DNA of 64,000 nt from Amoebophrya sp. A120 (lineage: Eukaryota; Protista; Dinoflagellata). Positions 1-12,449 of the stretch are shown here, piece after piece. Each line of letters starts with the position of its first letter. Position 1 is the first letter of the stretch. The translations under genes and the position numbers were made by a program. The notes below the pieces were generated by a model that saw only the letters and a program-made list of their open reading frames with translations, was not told the DNA's origin and did no database searches. Where the stretch lies: positions 4,334,518-4,398,517 of the forward strand of contig CAJINV010000004.1 of the NCBI GenBank assembly GCA_905178155.1, given 5' to 3'.

Positions 1-175
1 TGCGTGGCAACGAAGAACTCCTCTTGTCTGTCATGCAAAGTCGCAGTGTCTCATGCGGAGTACGCAACTCAGAACCGCGGAAAGACTTGTCATACTGGGC
101 AGCGCATTACAGTGCGCTCACTATTCCTTTTCTTGCATCACAGGTTTCCAGACCCAGACGTATTTGCACTGCATA
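1..175. mobile_element. Introner family A2, truncated by window start
   Basis: Ends ttccagacccagacgtatttgcactgcata; interior is the reverse complement of the interior of 40516-40775. Confidence 0.85.
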
Positions 176-1838
176 CGATGGCGCGAACGCGGATTTCTAT
201 CTCGTCCCCTGGTACACGTGGTGCCAGCGCATGGTGATCCCCTTGAACCGCTCCGACGGGGAGATTGACGCCGTGTACGTGTCCATGATGAAGAACGAAC
301 GACTCACCTATTTCCGCAAGAACGAGGGCGCGGACCACATTTTCCTCATGTCCGACCAGGGACTGATTTTCTGGACCAGCTGGCGCGACTACGTCCCGCA
401 CAGCATCTTCTTGACGACCGAGGCGTTTACCCCGAACTGCGGCAGGCCCTGCCACCAACCCTGGAAGGACATCGTCTATCCACAGTAAATTTCCCGTACA
501 CATACAAATGCAGTCTCCGCATGACAAAACTTGCCTTCAATCCTACCCCAGCATGACAAGTTGGGCTCTGCAAGGTAGCGAAATTTGTCATGCATTTTGT
601 ACATGATGTACAGGAAATTTTCATTTCATATCGTCATCCCCGGACACACCGACTACTTCCGGAGCCGGCGCATGCGGAAGTTTGACTTGCCGACCAACCA
701 GCGCCCTCTCCTTTTCAACTTCCACGGGAGGCACGCCTACATCCTGAAACAGCTGGGGAGGCAGAATTACGCGGCCAACACGCTAAGGAGGCATTTGGTG
801 GATCTGTTCGGCGACTTCGAGGAGTTCGGGGAGGACGAGGAGTATTTGGAGAGTATCAAGGCGAAAATGATCGACAAAACGGTGCCAAAACCCTACCACG
901 GTCGCATCTCCGTCGGCGGCTTCACGGATGACTTCTTCGAGCGGATGGGCGCGAGCCACTTCTGTCTCGTGCCGCACGGGAACACCAGCTGGACGAACCA
1001 TCTGTACAATGCATTTTTCGCCGGCTGTATCCCGGTGATTTTGTCCGACAACATGGAGGTGCCGTTCGAGGATCTGCTCGACTGGAAAATATGCAGTGCA
1101 AAAATGTCTGGGTCTGGAAGCTTTCCAGGTTTGTCATGCATATTTTGCATGACCCAGAATTGTTTGTGATGTATGCCCTACCATCACAGATTTTCAGAAC
1201 CCTTCCTGATGCCTATCCCGCACGACAAATGCCCTCCCCGCGTAGCACAAACTGGGCTCCTCTTGCTGGTCATGCAATACAGATTTTTTTAGCATGCAGA
1301 GTTAGCATGACAAGTTGCAACCTTCCAGACCCAGACATTTTTGCAATCCATAGAAAACGTTCTCGGTGAAGTGGAACCAGGAAAATATCAGCGAGAGCTT
1401 ATTCTTATCCTGTGCAAAAGTATCGTACTCGTAGTAATCGCAATCATGCATTACAAATCTCCATCCCAAGGTAAATCAGCATGACAAATTGCATTTCTCA
1501 TGCTGAGCTAATTTGTCATGCGATTCATACTAGTACGATACTTTTGCAATGCATAACTCTACGATTTGCAGAAGTTCTCCTACCAGCAGATTTTCCAGAT
1601 GAAACAGGAAGTCGCGAAGCACCAGTGCTGGTTCGACTACAATCTGCGCAACGCCTCGGAGTGCAGCCCCTACCAAGCGGTGATGGCGGTGTTGGCAAAG
1701 AAGGCGAAAATACTGCCGACCAAGTACAACTTCGGCAGCGAAGAAAAATGGTGGGGAGCGGTCGGGGGACCAAACATTTGGGACTACATGCCGGTGGGGA
1801 CAAAGGACAAATTGTTGGCGGCCCAGTGGGAACATTGA
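1..1838 (+). CDS. Exostosin / GT47-family glycosyltransferase, 5'-partial, with 4 introner introns (exons approx. 176-476, 636-1089, 1358-1405, 1561-1838)
   Basis: Spliced protein has exostosin motifs ADFYLVPWY, GADHIFLMSD, PWKDIVIPG, SHFCLVPHGNTSWTNHLYNAFFAGCIPVILSDNMEVPFEDLLDWKTFSVKW. Frame is restored by removing element + 5 nt at each junction. Confidence 0.88.
477..630. mobile_element. Introner (single copy in window, family L), 154 bp
   Basis: TIR tatccacagtaaatttcccgtaca / tgtacaggaaattttcatttcata; DR tcgtc/tcgtc; removal gives WKDIV-IPGHT. Confidence 0.85.
1090..1352. mobile_element. Introner family A, 263 bp
   Basis: TIR tatgcagtgcaaaaatgtctgggtctggaa / ttccagacccagacatttttgcaatccata; DR gaaaa/gaaaa; removal gives DWK-TFSVKW. 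Confidence 0.92.
1406..1555. mobile_element. Introner family B, 150 bp
   Basis: TIR tatcctgtgcaaaagtatcgtact / agtacgatacttttgcaatgcata; DR attct/actct; frame restored. Confidence 0.9.
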
Positions 1839-2385
1839 GAGTGCCCTAGTGAGTTGTGGAAAAGTAAATGTACATAAAAAGGACATCAAGTGAACCAGCA
1901 AAGTTTAAGTTGTCAGAAATGCCGAATCATGTTACAGAAGCAGATCGAGAGCTCGATGGGCTTTGCGCTATGGAACGTCTGGGTTCATGCAGCGTTCTCT
2001 TTGATTTGTGGGTACCAGACACTTCGTCGGTAGAAATAGTTGAGAGAGATTGATTCGTCAAGCAAACCGAGCGCCTGACGAGTTGTCGAGTCTATGAGTC
2101 GTGCTGCGAGGAATCTAATCTTGCAACTACCGAGTGTCGTCACGATTTTCGAAGATGAGTCGAGACAGACCGCCGTTTCATCTCTTCGTTTAGGTTGTGG
2201 ACGGGCAAATGAGTATACCCAACATATAATTGATCTTCCTGAACAAAAGATGTATGATGTGATATAACTCTATAATCTGTGCTTTGCTCTGCACTCTACT
2301 TCGCCTTGCTTAAAATATCGAAGCAAATATGTTCTTGCCCAACTGCTCCTGCAAGTTTCAACCTCGGGGAGCCACCTCAACACAA

Positions 2386-3018
2386 ATGACGAAGCTCGTG
2401 CCTCTCTGTTTCAGCCTTGTCGTGCCGCTACAGGTCCTGCAAGTGCAACTGAGCAGCGGCATAAAAATCGACGAAGAGCAAGCTGCTCATAGTGTCGACG
2501 GGGGCGGCAGTCGTGTTGGAGCCACTGCATCACCTTCTCCGAACCTGATTCTTGACGACCAGCGGCCGCCGCGACGGGGCAACCTGCGGGGGAACAAGAA
2601 AATCGTAAACACGAGGAACAACCGGCAAGTAGAAGAAGCAGAAGAAAGTGCGGCTGCTGCAGCTCCTACTGCGGTCACGTACGACGAAAAAGGCGGCGTC
2701 GGAAAAGAAGCGGACTTCGACGTTTTGCAGGAGGCCCAACAACTCCTCGTCCCGCAAGCGGCTAGTGGGGTTGCTCTTCTTGCTGCAGATGGAAGTGAGA
2801 ATGCATTTTCCGCCGTGCAGCTCGACGACAAGCACATGCTAACCACAAAACAGTTCGAGCGGCCCTGTTTTTACCGACCAGTAACGGACGGTGCCGGCGA
2901 ACTAAACACAGAGACGATACACTGGTGCCTTTTTGGCTCCCCCGATCCCAAGGACGATCATGGCGCGTATTTGAAAAAGAATGAACCCTACTACTGTGAT
3001 TTCGTTTTTCTGGCATGA
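2386..3018 (+). CDS. Hypothetical protein with signal-peptide-like N-terminus
   Basis: Open frame, hydrophobic N-terminus (MTKLVPLCFSLVVPLQVL), low-complexity middle, Cys-containing C-terminus. Start and 3' end uncertain. Confidence 0.55.
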   Translation: MTKLVPLCFSLVVPLQVLQVQLSSGIKIDEEQAAHSVDGGGSRVGATASPSPNLILDDQRPPRRGNLRGNKKIVNTRNNRQVEEAEESAAAAAPTAVTYDEKGGVGKEADFDVLQEAQQLLVPQAASGVALLAADGSENAFSAVQLDDKHMLTTKQFERPCFYRPVTDGAGELNTETIHWCLFGSPDPKDDHGAYLKKNEPYYCDFVFLA

Positions 3019-4001
3019 CTCTACTTGCAACTTTGGCTTTGCTGCAACAAGACACATATACATGAACATCACAATTTGAGGATCACGACTGACAAACCTT
3101 CATATCAGGTACACATCCAGCTGTCTCGTCCAGACGAATTTGGCCTATTTGCTCCTCACCTTGGCCATCTTTTCGGGTCTATCCACGATCACTTTGGGCA
3201 TTGTGGTTTTCTTGCGGTTACGGAAGGGAGGGACGTTGACATCAGCTGCCAATGCCAAGCCGGGTGCTGCTTAAGGGGAGATGAGAAGGTGTTGCTGTGT
3301 TGACGACATACTGCAGCACAGAAGTGCTGTAGAATAAACAAACAGTTTTTATTCTCTACTTTCACGACTGTGCGGATTTTAATTTTTGATTCGTATTGTT
3401 TACTGAAAATAGTATGATTTTTGAGGTGAGCTGCAGCTAGTGACAATTCCAATTGAGGTGCAGAATGTCGTCCGTCGTCAAGACAAAGACATGGATTTTT
3501 GTTTGTCGGCAGAATAAAGTGGAAAATGAAACTTGTCGAGGCGTTCATCACGATGATACAGGAGTCGCGGAGTAACAACAGTTTTACCTGGCCCGGGATT
3601 AGGAATTGCATCTTCTGGCGCCGGAAAATATATCTTGAACATCGGAGCAGGAGCATTTTTCGGACGAGTTGGAAAAAAATCATGTCGAAAATCCGGAGAG
3701 TGTAAAAAATTCGATGTGCACCGGCGCGCAAGCAGAACCGATTTTCATTTAATGGCCTCGTGGTCGACGAGAGCTTGTCGTGTGAGATGAGATCGTCGAG
3801 ATCTTGGTCCGGTACTCCTCATGTATGATTTCGTCGTCTTCCTCCATCTGTTACGTTGAAAACGAACACAACTTAAATTTTCTCGTCTACTATGTCATTC
3901 TATTTCTACAGTCAGTACGACCGAAGTGTATAAGTGTTGCATTCGCTGTTTTTAGATAAAAGTTTTACTGGGAGAGCTCGAGGAGCCTTCGGCAAGCAAT
4001 A

Positions 4002-5685
4002 ATGGTGCGCTCCTTTGCGAAACGGCAGCTGTCCTTTGGTCAAGGGCTACACGACGATCGTCAGTCCTTCAGCAGGTCTTCACGAGGACGACCCCGGTAC
4101 AGGTTGTCTCTCCCTGCACTTCATTCGTATTTCCTGCTTCTACTCCTCGGGAACTACACCAATTATGAAGCATTTGCCCTGGACGTGAACGTCAATGAAG
4201 TCCAGTCGATCGACGCGGCAAGCAGACTGGAACCCTGTGACAAAAATTTTCCCGGACTTATCCTGTGCAAAAGTATCGTACTCGTATTGCAATCATGCAT
4301 TACAAATCTTGTTCTTAAGGTAAATCAGCATTACAAATTTTATCTGTCATGCTGAGGAAATTTGTAATGCATTTATACGAGTGCGATACTTTTGCAATGC
4401 ATAGGACTAGAGCCGGCACGAATGCCACTGTACCACTGGTGCTTTACGGAAAGTTCAATGATATGGAAGCGTCAGGATTGAAATCGTCAGAGATGAAATA
4501 GTTTGTCATGCATAAAATGCAACGCAAAAACTCTCTGTATTGCAGAGGACGCAAGAAGGGAGGCAGATTGTAAGCCTGTTGAGGTGTAGAAATAGAGCTG
4601 CTAAAGTAGCATGAAAAAAGGCGTCGCCCTTACCCAAACAGCATGGCAAACTGGATTTAGGTTCTACCCAAATTTGTCATGCGGCACTTGGAAACTAGGT
4701 TTCAATTGGCATCCATTTTATGCATCACAAACTATTTCCACTCTGACGATTTCAGTCCTGACGCTTCCATATATGATCCCGAAGTGGTATTTCGGGAGCA
4801 TCGCGGACAACAACAGCACCGTGCCCGACGGAGCGAACTGGAACAAGGATGAGTATTTGTTTTTGTTTCCTGATACGGAAGAGGCAGTTCGCTTTTCGTT
4901 AAGATTTAAGTATTTCATTTACCGGTATAATTTCAAGTTACCTGCATCGAATTCGAAACGACCTATTCTCGTGACAGCAACTACATGATCTTCAGGCAGC
5001 TACAACGGAAATAAACGGTCTCTCTATCTTCAATTCCACAATTAGAGTAATTGCTATGCACCACGACAGGCTCGCAGAAGCGGAACAAACCTGCATGCTG
5101 AAGGAATGGACCCTGTATTCTCTACTCACCTTGATTCTCCTCGGCATTGTCACTACCTCTTGCAACATCGTCCTTTTTGTTTACCGCCCGAGCCGCAGTA
5201 CCGCCGCACCAAAGCTCTCCGCGGGGAAGGGCCCGGTCGTCGGGCACACGGACTCGGAGGAAGATACTGACGCAGTTTTGGAGGACGACCCGATGGAAGA
5301 CGGACCGCCCAAGGGAGTTGCGAAAAAGAAAGCTGATGCATCAACTTCGAATGCAGGAGTTGCCGGTACTAGTACAGGAGGTGGGGACAATTCTAAACGG
5401 GAAAACTACGGGACGGACGGCCGGTTAGTGGATCGTAGTCAAGGGACGCTACAGTACGAAGAAGAGGAGGACGAGTATGAGCAGGACGTCGCAGGAGAAG
5501 AAGAAATTGCGCCAGATGAAGAACCCGCCGACGAGGATGCAGAAGATGACGCGGAATTATACGATGACCAGGAAGGTGGGCCGCCAGACTACGAACCAGA
5601 TGAGGCCGGCGCGGAAGAACAAGAAGAAAATTATGCCGAAACTGCGAAAGCAGAAGCACCATCCACGTCCGCGAAAAAGAAATAG
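4002..5685 (+). CDS. Hypothetical single-pass membrane protein with acidic C-terminal tail; 2 introners plus GT-AG intron 4853-5069
   Basis: Spliced frame is continuous (NFPGL-EPARMPLYHWCFTESSM-IPKWY...NKDE-LAEAEQTC); TM segment LYSLLTLILLGIVTTSCNIVLFVY; D/E-rich tail. Confidence 0.75.
4259..4403. mobile_element. Introner family B, 145 bp
   Basis: Family B TIR; DR ggact/ggact; frame restored. Confidence 0.92.
4462..4771. mobile_element. Introner family C, 310 bp, long (~55 bp) TIR
   Basis: tatggaagcgtcaggattgaaatcgtcag... / ...ctgacgatttcagtcctgacgcttccata; DR aatga/tatga; homolog at 58063-58369. Confidence 0.92.
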
Positions 5686-6688
5686 ATCGACAAATCTAAA
5701 GAAGAAAAAGGATTCAAAATCTTGGAAAAGGACACTACTACAAGCACTTTAATTCGCATCAGCATGCTGGCGCGTAATACTTAGCCGAAGTTAAGACAAG
5801 CGAATGGAGAAGCCACACCTGGTGGATTTGTTGTATGATGGTTTCGAAGAAGATAAACATAAAGGTCCAAAAGCAGCGTAGCGATAGCAACTAAATATCT
5901 TACACAGAACTCGAAAGCAGCAGCAGAAGCAGCACAAGCGGCGGCATGTGTACTGATGAAGCTATGTTCACAAATAAAGATCTAGGTGTAGATCACATTT
6001 CGCGCTATTGGTTTCTTGTGTTTCGGTTTTTCTTTCTCTTTTTCTGTCATATAGAACCGGACCCTGATGGGGGCCGCAACTCTATGTCATCCTGAGCTAA
6101 GGCCAAGCTGTACCGCTACCGGCTTCAGTCCATTGGTCCCTTGTTCTCATTTTTGCGTGTGTGCGTGCATAATGCGGCGGTAATCACAAAATTCAAAACT
6201 ACGTGGAGGTTTTGGCTGGTGCAAATTTCGGCCTCCAGATTGCATTTGCACTATGATGCCGGTGGCCCTCCAGGTCGAGGGAGAATAACGAGCATAGCAA
6301 ACTGCGAAGATGGAAATACAGCGTAGATCTGCTTTTTTTCTGAGCGGCCGATAGCTAAAAACAACTACCCAGCAAGAAAGCCAAAGTACAGCAAGAAAGC
6401 ACTATTCACATTTAGGATGTGATTGTGAAGATACTAGCCGGAAGCAATCCTATTGACATGAACGCACCATCCGTGCGATTTTGATCTAAGTACGTATTCA
6501 AAGAGTTAGTTGTTTACCTTTTCAAATTCAAGATTTTCGTTTTGACATTTTCGCCCTGTAAATAATCATATATGCACATCAATCGACAGGCGGCGCAGCG
6601 TCGCACCTTCACATTGTCTTGATCCTTTTTCTAGTACTTTTGTGAATTTTTTCTTTCTTGCTATCGAGACAGATTTCCAAAGAGAAAT

Positions 6689-9600
6689 TTGTTTTTCGGT
6701 GCATCTTCAGTAGCATCAATGTCATCCTCATTGCGAACGCCGTGGTTGGGAGGACCTGGGCCTCTTCGCCTGCTGCTGTTGTGGCACGTATTGACGTTGA
6801 GCTGCAGCACAACTCTATTCGCATCAGCGACGCAGTGCAGCACCGGTCTAGGGGTGCGTTTGCATTGGCTTTCGGGTGATTCGTGCGAGACGCAGCTTCT
6901 TGGGAAAGAGAGAAGCACAGCCTCACCACGCTCAGCAGATGCAAGAAGAGGAGGTAAGGAAAATTCAAGGCCGCCCACCGATCATGAAGTTCTGCCACGC
7001 GCACCAATTGACGATTTTGAACTTGACTTGCTGCTGGATTCGGTCGAATTTCAGATCGGCCACTCCGATGTCCGCCTGGTGCCGATACTACAGCCAAACA
7101 CGAGAGAACCATTCCTCCCGTCCTGCCTTGCCGCAGGCGAAGATAAAGTTGCAGCTAGTTCTACTTGCTCAATTACTTCTTCGCCTGATCATGTTCCTTC
7201 AGCAAGAGCAGTAGATGGCTGCGATGAAGATCCTTGTCAAGAACGTGGCGGAGAAAGAAGCCGAAAAAATCCACCTAAAGGAGCAGCATCACTGCCTGCG
7301 TTCACGGTAGTTCTGCTTGCCAACCCGGAGCTCCCGGAAGACTTTCGCAGCCTCGGTGCGTGGGCCGCGTGGATACAACAACTCCGGAAGAAACCACTGA
7401 ACCCCACGGCGCTGGACACGCTACTCGAGCTTTCCAATCAGCAGTGCAGCATTTGCCGGGGTAGGACGAGTTATTTGCAGTGCGCGTGCTGCTCGTCGTG
7501 TTTTGGCACAACTCTCGTTCCGCAGCTTGAGATTGCTAGTAGGGCAATAGAGGAAAGCGGTGGAAATTATAAGCATAGTCCCTGCTCCACCAGCAGCATG
7601 ATATGGCCCTGCTTGCCGTGTTTTGATGGCAGAAAAAGGAAGTCCGTGTTATGACTTGCTCAAACTTTACAATTATCTCAAGCGTTGCAATAGAATCTGG
7701 AATTTGTGTTGCATGATGAGCATGACAGACTCGCACAGCGTTCCACCTTTTGCAATACAAATTTCGCCAGATTGTATTGGGGTTTGGGGCCCCGGAAGGA
7801 ACTTGTACTTGTCATGCGCAATCCTATGAAAGTTGGCCTGATCATGCAGTCTTGCATCACAGATTTCCATATTCTGTTGTAACGTTTGAGATTGTAACAC
7901 CTAAGCGGGTTATACGTGTCCATGAGCAACCTCCCGGAAGTATATCACAGGAAAAAAGTGTTACAGTTACACATTTGTTGGAATTTCAGCATCACAAATT
8001 TGCTCTGCATGGCAAAGAAAACTTGTAATGCGCAGACTATAAGGGAAAACATGAGGCTGGTAAGCGTTTCCTGCATGACAGAGCTTGTCTGTCTTGCTTG
8101 GCCTGCAACACAATGTGTAAGTGTAAAACTTTTTTCTTGCGATAAAGCACGACCTGAGTTTACTCCGCGAGAAGAGGAGGCGCACCAGGCAGGTTCATCC
8201 GAGGCTACATCCGGAGCAACACGTGAAGGCGCGGACATCACAGCATCAGTAGAGGCTCGGTCTTTAGAACCGCAACCTTCCAGCCAAGTAGAAGCAGAGA
8301 CTGCTCCTTCTTCACAAGCCACAGCTACCAGACCACCGCGTAGTAGAAATGCCCTCTCCGCGTTCCTGACGCCTTCCCCGAGCCGTACTCGGCGGCGTGC
8401 GAGCACAGGGGTTGCGCATCAACAGCACCTCCAGCCTGTCGTTTTTAAAGACCTGTTTTCCACCCCGTCCGCGTCGACACTGGGGTACTTTCGAATAGCT
8501 CCGTTCTGGACGCAGCTGGTGGACCGACTTGCAGCCGAAGTTCTACTTGGGAACAAAGATGAAATTCAAATTTCGGAACTACACTCTGAAGAAGATGCAG
8601 TTGTGAGCAGCTTTTTCTTGTCGTCAATCACAATCGAAGGCAGGATCATTTCGCCCGGTTTTTGGCGGCGAGGACCCCCTTCACGAGCTGCAAGACATGT
8701 GGAGGGTGCAGGAGTAGATGCAAAAAACGATTTTCAGGGGCATTCTCATTCCGCAGCGAACGCAGCAGGTACTACTCCTCGTGCACGTACCTTTACCTTT
8801 AGTACCTCCGATGGAGACGCCACAACTTCAGCTGCAAACCGTGGTTTAAAACAGCAAGAGCAACGACTCTGGTCCTCTTTCCCGAACCGACGCGACTGGG
8901 TCGCAACCCATACACTCAGCGAGCGAGTAGATCTTATTGCTGAAGACGAGAGGAGAAATAATCCAGATCCCCGAGCGCGAGGTGGACTACTGCAGCGTCG
9001 TGCTCTTCCAAGAAACGCCGGGAACCACGAGGGCTATCCTCTCGGCGAGGAGCAACGAGATGACGACCACCGAAGGACGAGATTGAAAAACCTCGCTGCC
9101 CACATCTCCGAAGCTGTGAACAGGCAGCACCAGAAGCACGATCCTCGCGTCTCCATCGACCCACGGGCTTTGTTTACCGTCCGGCGCGACAATCAGTATG
9201 CATTTGGGAACTCTTTTGCCGATCGTGAGCGGTCCGAGGGCACCTGGACATTGCTGTTTCAACCGGAAATCAACTTAGAACGCGAAAATACAACGGGTCG
9301 AAGTGCTGCGCGATCAGGTTTTGTTTGGGGGCGTTCGGGTAATGTAAGAACAAACGAAGCAGAAGTCGAAGACGAAGTAGGAGCCCACGCAGAACCAGCA
9401 CAGCAGGGACACACTAGGACCAAACACGACACGATCACAAACGCCTCTTATTTCGACTCCCTGTCCGAACTAGAGATCCGGCTGACCCTCAGCAACGAGC
9501 ACGAATTTCGGGACGCGGAGCGCACAACCGTGGGATTGACAATTACCAAGTATTTTCCGCCTGAGACCACAAAGGACACGGTGCACGAACAGGTGCGACA

Positions 9601-9784
9601 GGTTTTTCTTGTTCATCCGACAGGGCGGAATTCGGTTCTTGACGAGAACGTGGAGGTAAAGCAACTGCAACACCGGCCTGAAGATGACATTGCCGAAGAA
9701 ATCGACATGGACGATGATGCAGAAATTGGAGACCGCGATGCCCTTAACATCCGGAACGCTTTCCAAAACATGCACCTGTTTTGA
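6689..9784 (+). CDS. Hypothetical protein with hydrophobic N-terminus and Cys-rich RING-like cluster; 2 introners
   Basis: Spliced join KSVS-MSNLPE(V/A)-RPEF; Cys cluster CSICRG..QCACCSSC..PCLPC. Start codon uncertain. Confidence 0.65.
7650..7914. mobile_element. Introner family D, 265 bp
   Basis: DR cgtgt/cgtgt; TIR with ctcaagcgttgcaa / ttgtaacgtttgag; homolog in opposite orientation at 23950-24207. Confidence 0.9.
7943..8144. mobile_element. Introner family E, 202 bp (in-frame, stop-free)
   Basis: tatcacaggaaaaaagtgttacagttacaca / tgtgtaagtgtaaaacttttttcttgcgata; DR aagta/aagca; homolog at 34289-34520. Confidence 0.88.
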
Positions 9785-10982
9785 TCTAGACCAGGACCAC
9801 TCACAGATATATAATTTCCAACGACCACCTGCTCTGGTCGTGCTGGTGTAGACGTGGAAAAATCATACTAGCAGTAGCAAAAAGTACCTGCGAAGTCGGT
9901 GTACCAGTACACTTTACCTTCTTTCACATAAGTTGAAGAAAGTTTTGAACGAAGGAACTTTGAGATGTTGATCCTGCCTAGAAGAGGGGTGGGACTGCGC
10001 AATAGTACATGTCGAGCAATACAACCATGACTGTGTATCCCTCTCTTTGTTATAACGAAGATGTAGCTCTTCAGGGTCCTCGTCTCTACCTTTCGCCTAG
10101 TGGACCATGAACTGGAATGTTTCTGATAAAGCTTGTTGTGTGTATCCAGTGAATTTCATATGAAAGATTTTATACGGAATGAAAGTGGAATGGAAGATTT
10201 CCTGTAAGATATTGCTGCAGGCGACAACGCAAGTGGAGTATTGCCGTATTAGATAGGAGAAGTTGTTGTAGGTACAGACAACTGCCTCACCGAAGCTTTG
10301 CAGTAAGTCTGTTCGTGCGTGCTGGTGCTGAGTTTCACTTCTATACCCTGAAGCATCGTCTTGACGTGTCTCAGTTTTACGTCTGCACATGCATCCGCAC
10401 TGGGACGTGTCTGGTGCAATTCTGGCCGTCCTTAGTCGTTTGGCACAAGGTCGTCGTTTTGAGAATCGTTTTTGTCGTTCATATTTCCTGCAAAAATCGT
10501 TCTTGTGTGATTTGTTCCAGACCGGCGTTCTTTCTCTATTGACGATCGTTTGGGTGGTCGCGTCGAGTCTGTGCCTAGCTATTTTTTTGGTTTATAATCC
10601 GTCTTTCCTACCTCTACTTCCGTTCTACTGGCTTCGTCTGTGTCTTTCGCTGCCGTCTCTCCACAGCCGTCGTGCATCTACTTCTTAATGAACGTGCTGC
10701 AAAACTAACAAGTCCGTCGTCGTCCATTATTTTTACGATTTCAACCGGCGACGCGAGGTCTTCGATCATCCAACTCCCCCGAATCTCAATAATACAAGAG
10801 CAGGTGGAGGGAAAGTAGCCTGGCCCGGAGCCAGGGCCGCTTGAGGTCCTCAAGACATACTTAAGTAATCAAAATTCCTGGTGTAGTTTCTTTGATATTG
10901 GCAGTATTAAAAAATTAGCAGCATCCTCATCTACTTTCCGGCTTTGCCGGCCACCGGCTAGAAGTTGTTTTACCTCTAGAAG

Positions 10983-12449
10983 ATGAATGGATTCCTGGAG
11001 CAGGTGACACACACCTTGCAAGGACTGCAAGAACCGCAGGGGCAGCAGTCCTCCTCGCCGCGTGGCGCACAAGAACCTGCGCAACTTCTCTCCAACGCCA
11101 CGACCCAGGACCTGAAAGTTTGTGAACAGTTTGCTCGCGAGCAGAATGACCGCATCCTCGCCGTCTGGCGGGTGTCGATAGAATTACAAGACAACCTCCG
11201 GCGGAGTCGGTGGGGTTCGTTGGGGCTATTACTGCTTTTTTTACTGGTCTTCGTCGCCGGCGTCGTGGCGGTGGAAGTTTTGGTACTGTCGAGGACGAGA
11301 CTACAGGAGAAGGGGAACGAGGACAGTGTCGCGAGTACTAGGGGCTCTACTTCTCGAAATAGGACGGACGACTACACATCAGACACGACTACGGCCGCGC
11401 CGGGCAAAGATAAAAATGATGGAGCTCCTGCTGCGGCTCGAATAACTATTCGACAAAGTAGTTCTTTTCTCTATCAACAAGAAGCGCAGCGGCCAGCGCA
11501 ACAAGATAAAAGTGGTCGAGAGGTGGACGAAGATGGAGCCGAAAATAGCTACGCGAAGAGACGACAACGTCCGGCAAAACAGCAAAAACGCGAAACCGGA
11601 AGCGGCCGCATGTTGGAACAAGAAAGGAGACGAAATAGAGTGGGAAATAATCACGCGTTGCTGCGTTCCGGACGCGGAGGAGAACAGCATCGTCGTAACG
11701 AGAACAACAGCAAGAATCATGCACCTGTGGACGACAAAGAAAACAGCGAAGCTGTTGACAAAAAAGGTACTTCTTCTCGAAGCCGCTCCAAGAACTGTAT
11801 CTCCGACGTGGACCCGCTCGCTCGGTTGACTGCGCTTCTGGGCCTGTGTCTAAGTGTGACCATCGTGTTCGCCGTCTGGGCGTGTTGCAAGGCCAAAGAG
11901 GTTGACGCACTCATCGCGGGGCAGGTGTGGGCGTTGGGGGAGAAAAAATTCTACAAAATCACCAACCTCGTCCTAGCGGTCGACGATTCGAACAGTACCA
12001 GTGGCAGTACTAGTAGCGATGGACATTTATTTCAAGGAGGAGGAGCTACTTCAACTTCTCCTAAAGAACGACCCCCTCTAGAAGGAGAAGTACAACTATC
12101 GCTGGTCGAAAGAGCGTGCTGCGACTTATCCGCGGTGAAGGCTGTTTCTATCTACGATAACAACGACGCCCCCGGGTGCTGTGCGACGGATGCACAGGGC
12201 GTGGATTTACGTGTCTCCCGGGATAACCCGATCGCGGACGATCTCACATGGCGCCGAAGCAACTTCGGGGTGCGTTACTACAATGAATACGGCTTCATGG
12301 TGAGAGACCAAGCATCGTACGGCTGTGTGGTCTGGTGTTCAGAGGTTGAGCACGCAGCGCAGTTGATCCGCGACGCTGTGCATCGCCGCCACGCGAGCGA
12401 GGGCTATACCGCGGCCGCTCGTGCATTGGATGGTAGAGTAGTTCACTAG
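10983..12449 (+). CDS. Hypothetical membrane protein (2 TM segments), apparently intronless
   Basis: 488-aa ORF with two hydrophobic stretches (LGLLLLFLLVFVAGVVAVEVLVL; LTALLGLCLSVTIVFAVWACC). Confidence 0.7.
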   Translation: MNGFLEQVTHTLQGLQEPQGQQSSSPRGAQEPAQLLSNATTQDLKVCEQFAREQNDRILAVWRVSIELQDNLRRSRWGSLGLLLLFLLVFVAGVVAVEVLVLSRTRLQEKGNEDSVASTRGSTSRNRTDDYTSDTTTAAPGKDKNDGAPAAARITIRQSSSFLYQQEAQRPAQQDKSGREVDEDGAENSYAKRRQRPAKQQKRETGSGRMLEQERRRNRVGNNHALLRSGRGGEQHRRNENNSKNHAPVDDKENSEAVDKKGTSSRSRSKNCISDVDPLARLTALLGLCLSVTIVFAVWACCKAKEVDALIAGQVWALGEKKFYKITNLVLAVDDSNSTSGSTSSDGHLFQGGGATSTSPKERPPLEGEVQLSLVERACCDLSAVKAVSIYDNNDAPGCCATDAQGVDLRVSRDNPIADDLTWRRSNFGVRYYNEYGFMVRDQASYGCVVWCSEVEHAAQLIRDAVHRRHASEGYTAAARALDGRVVH

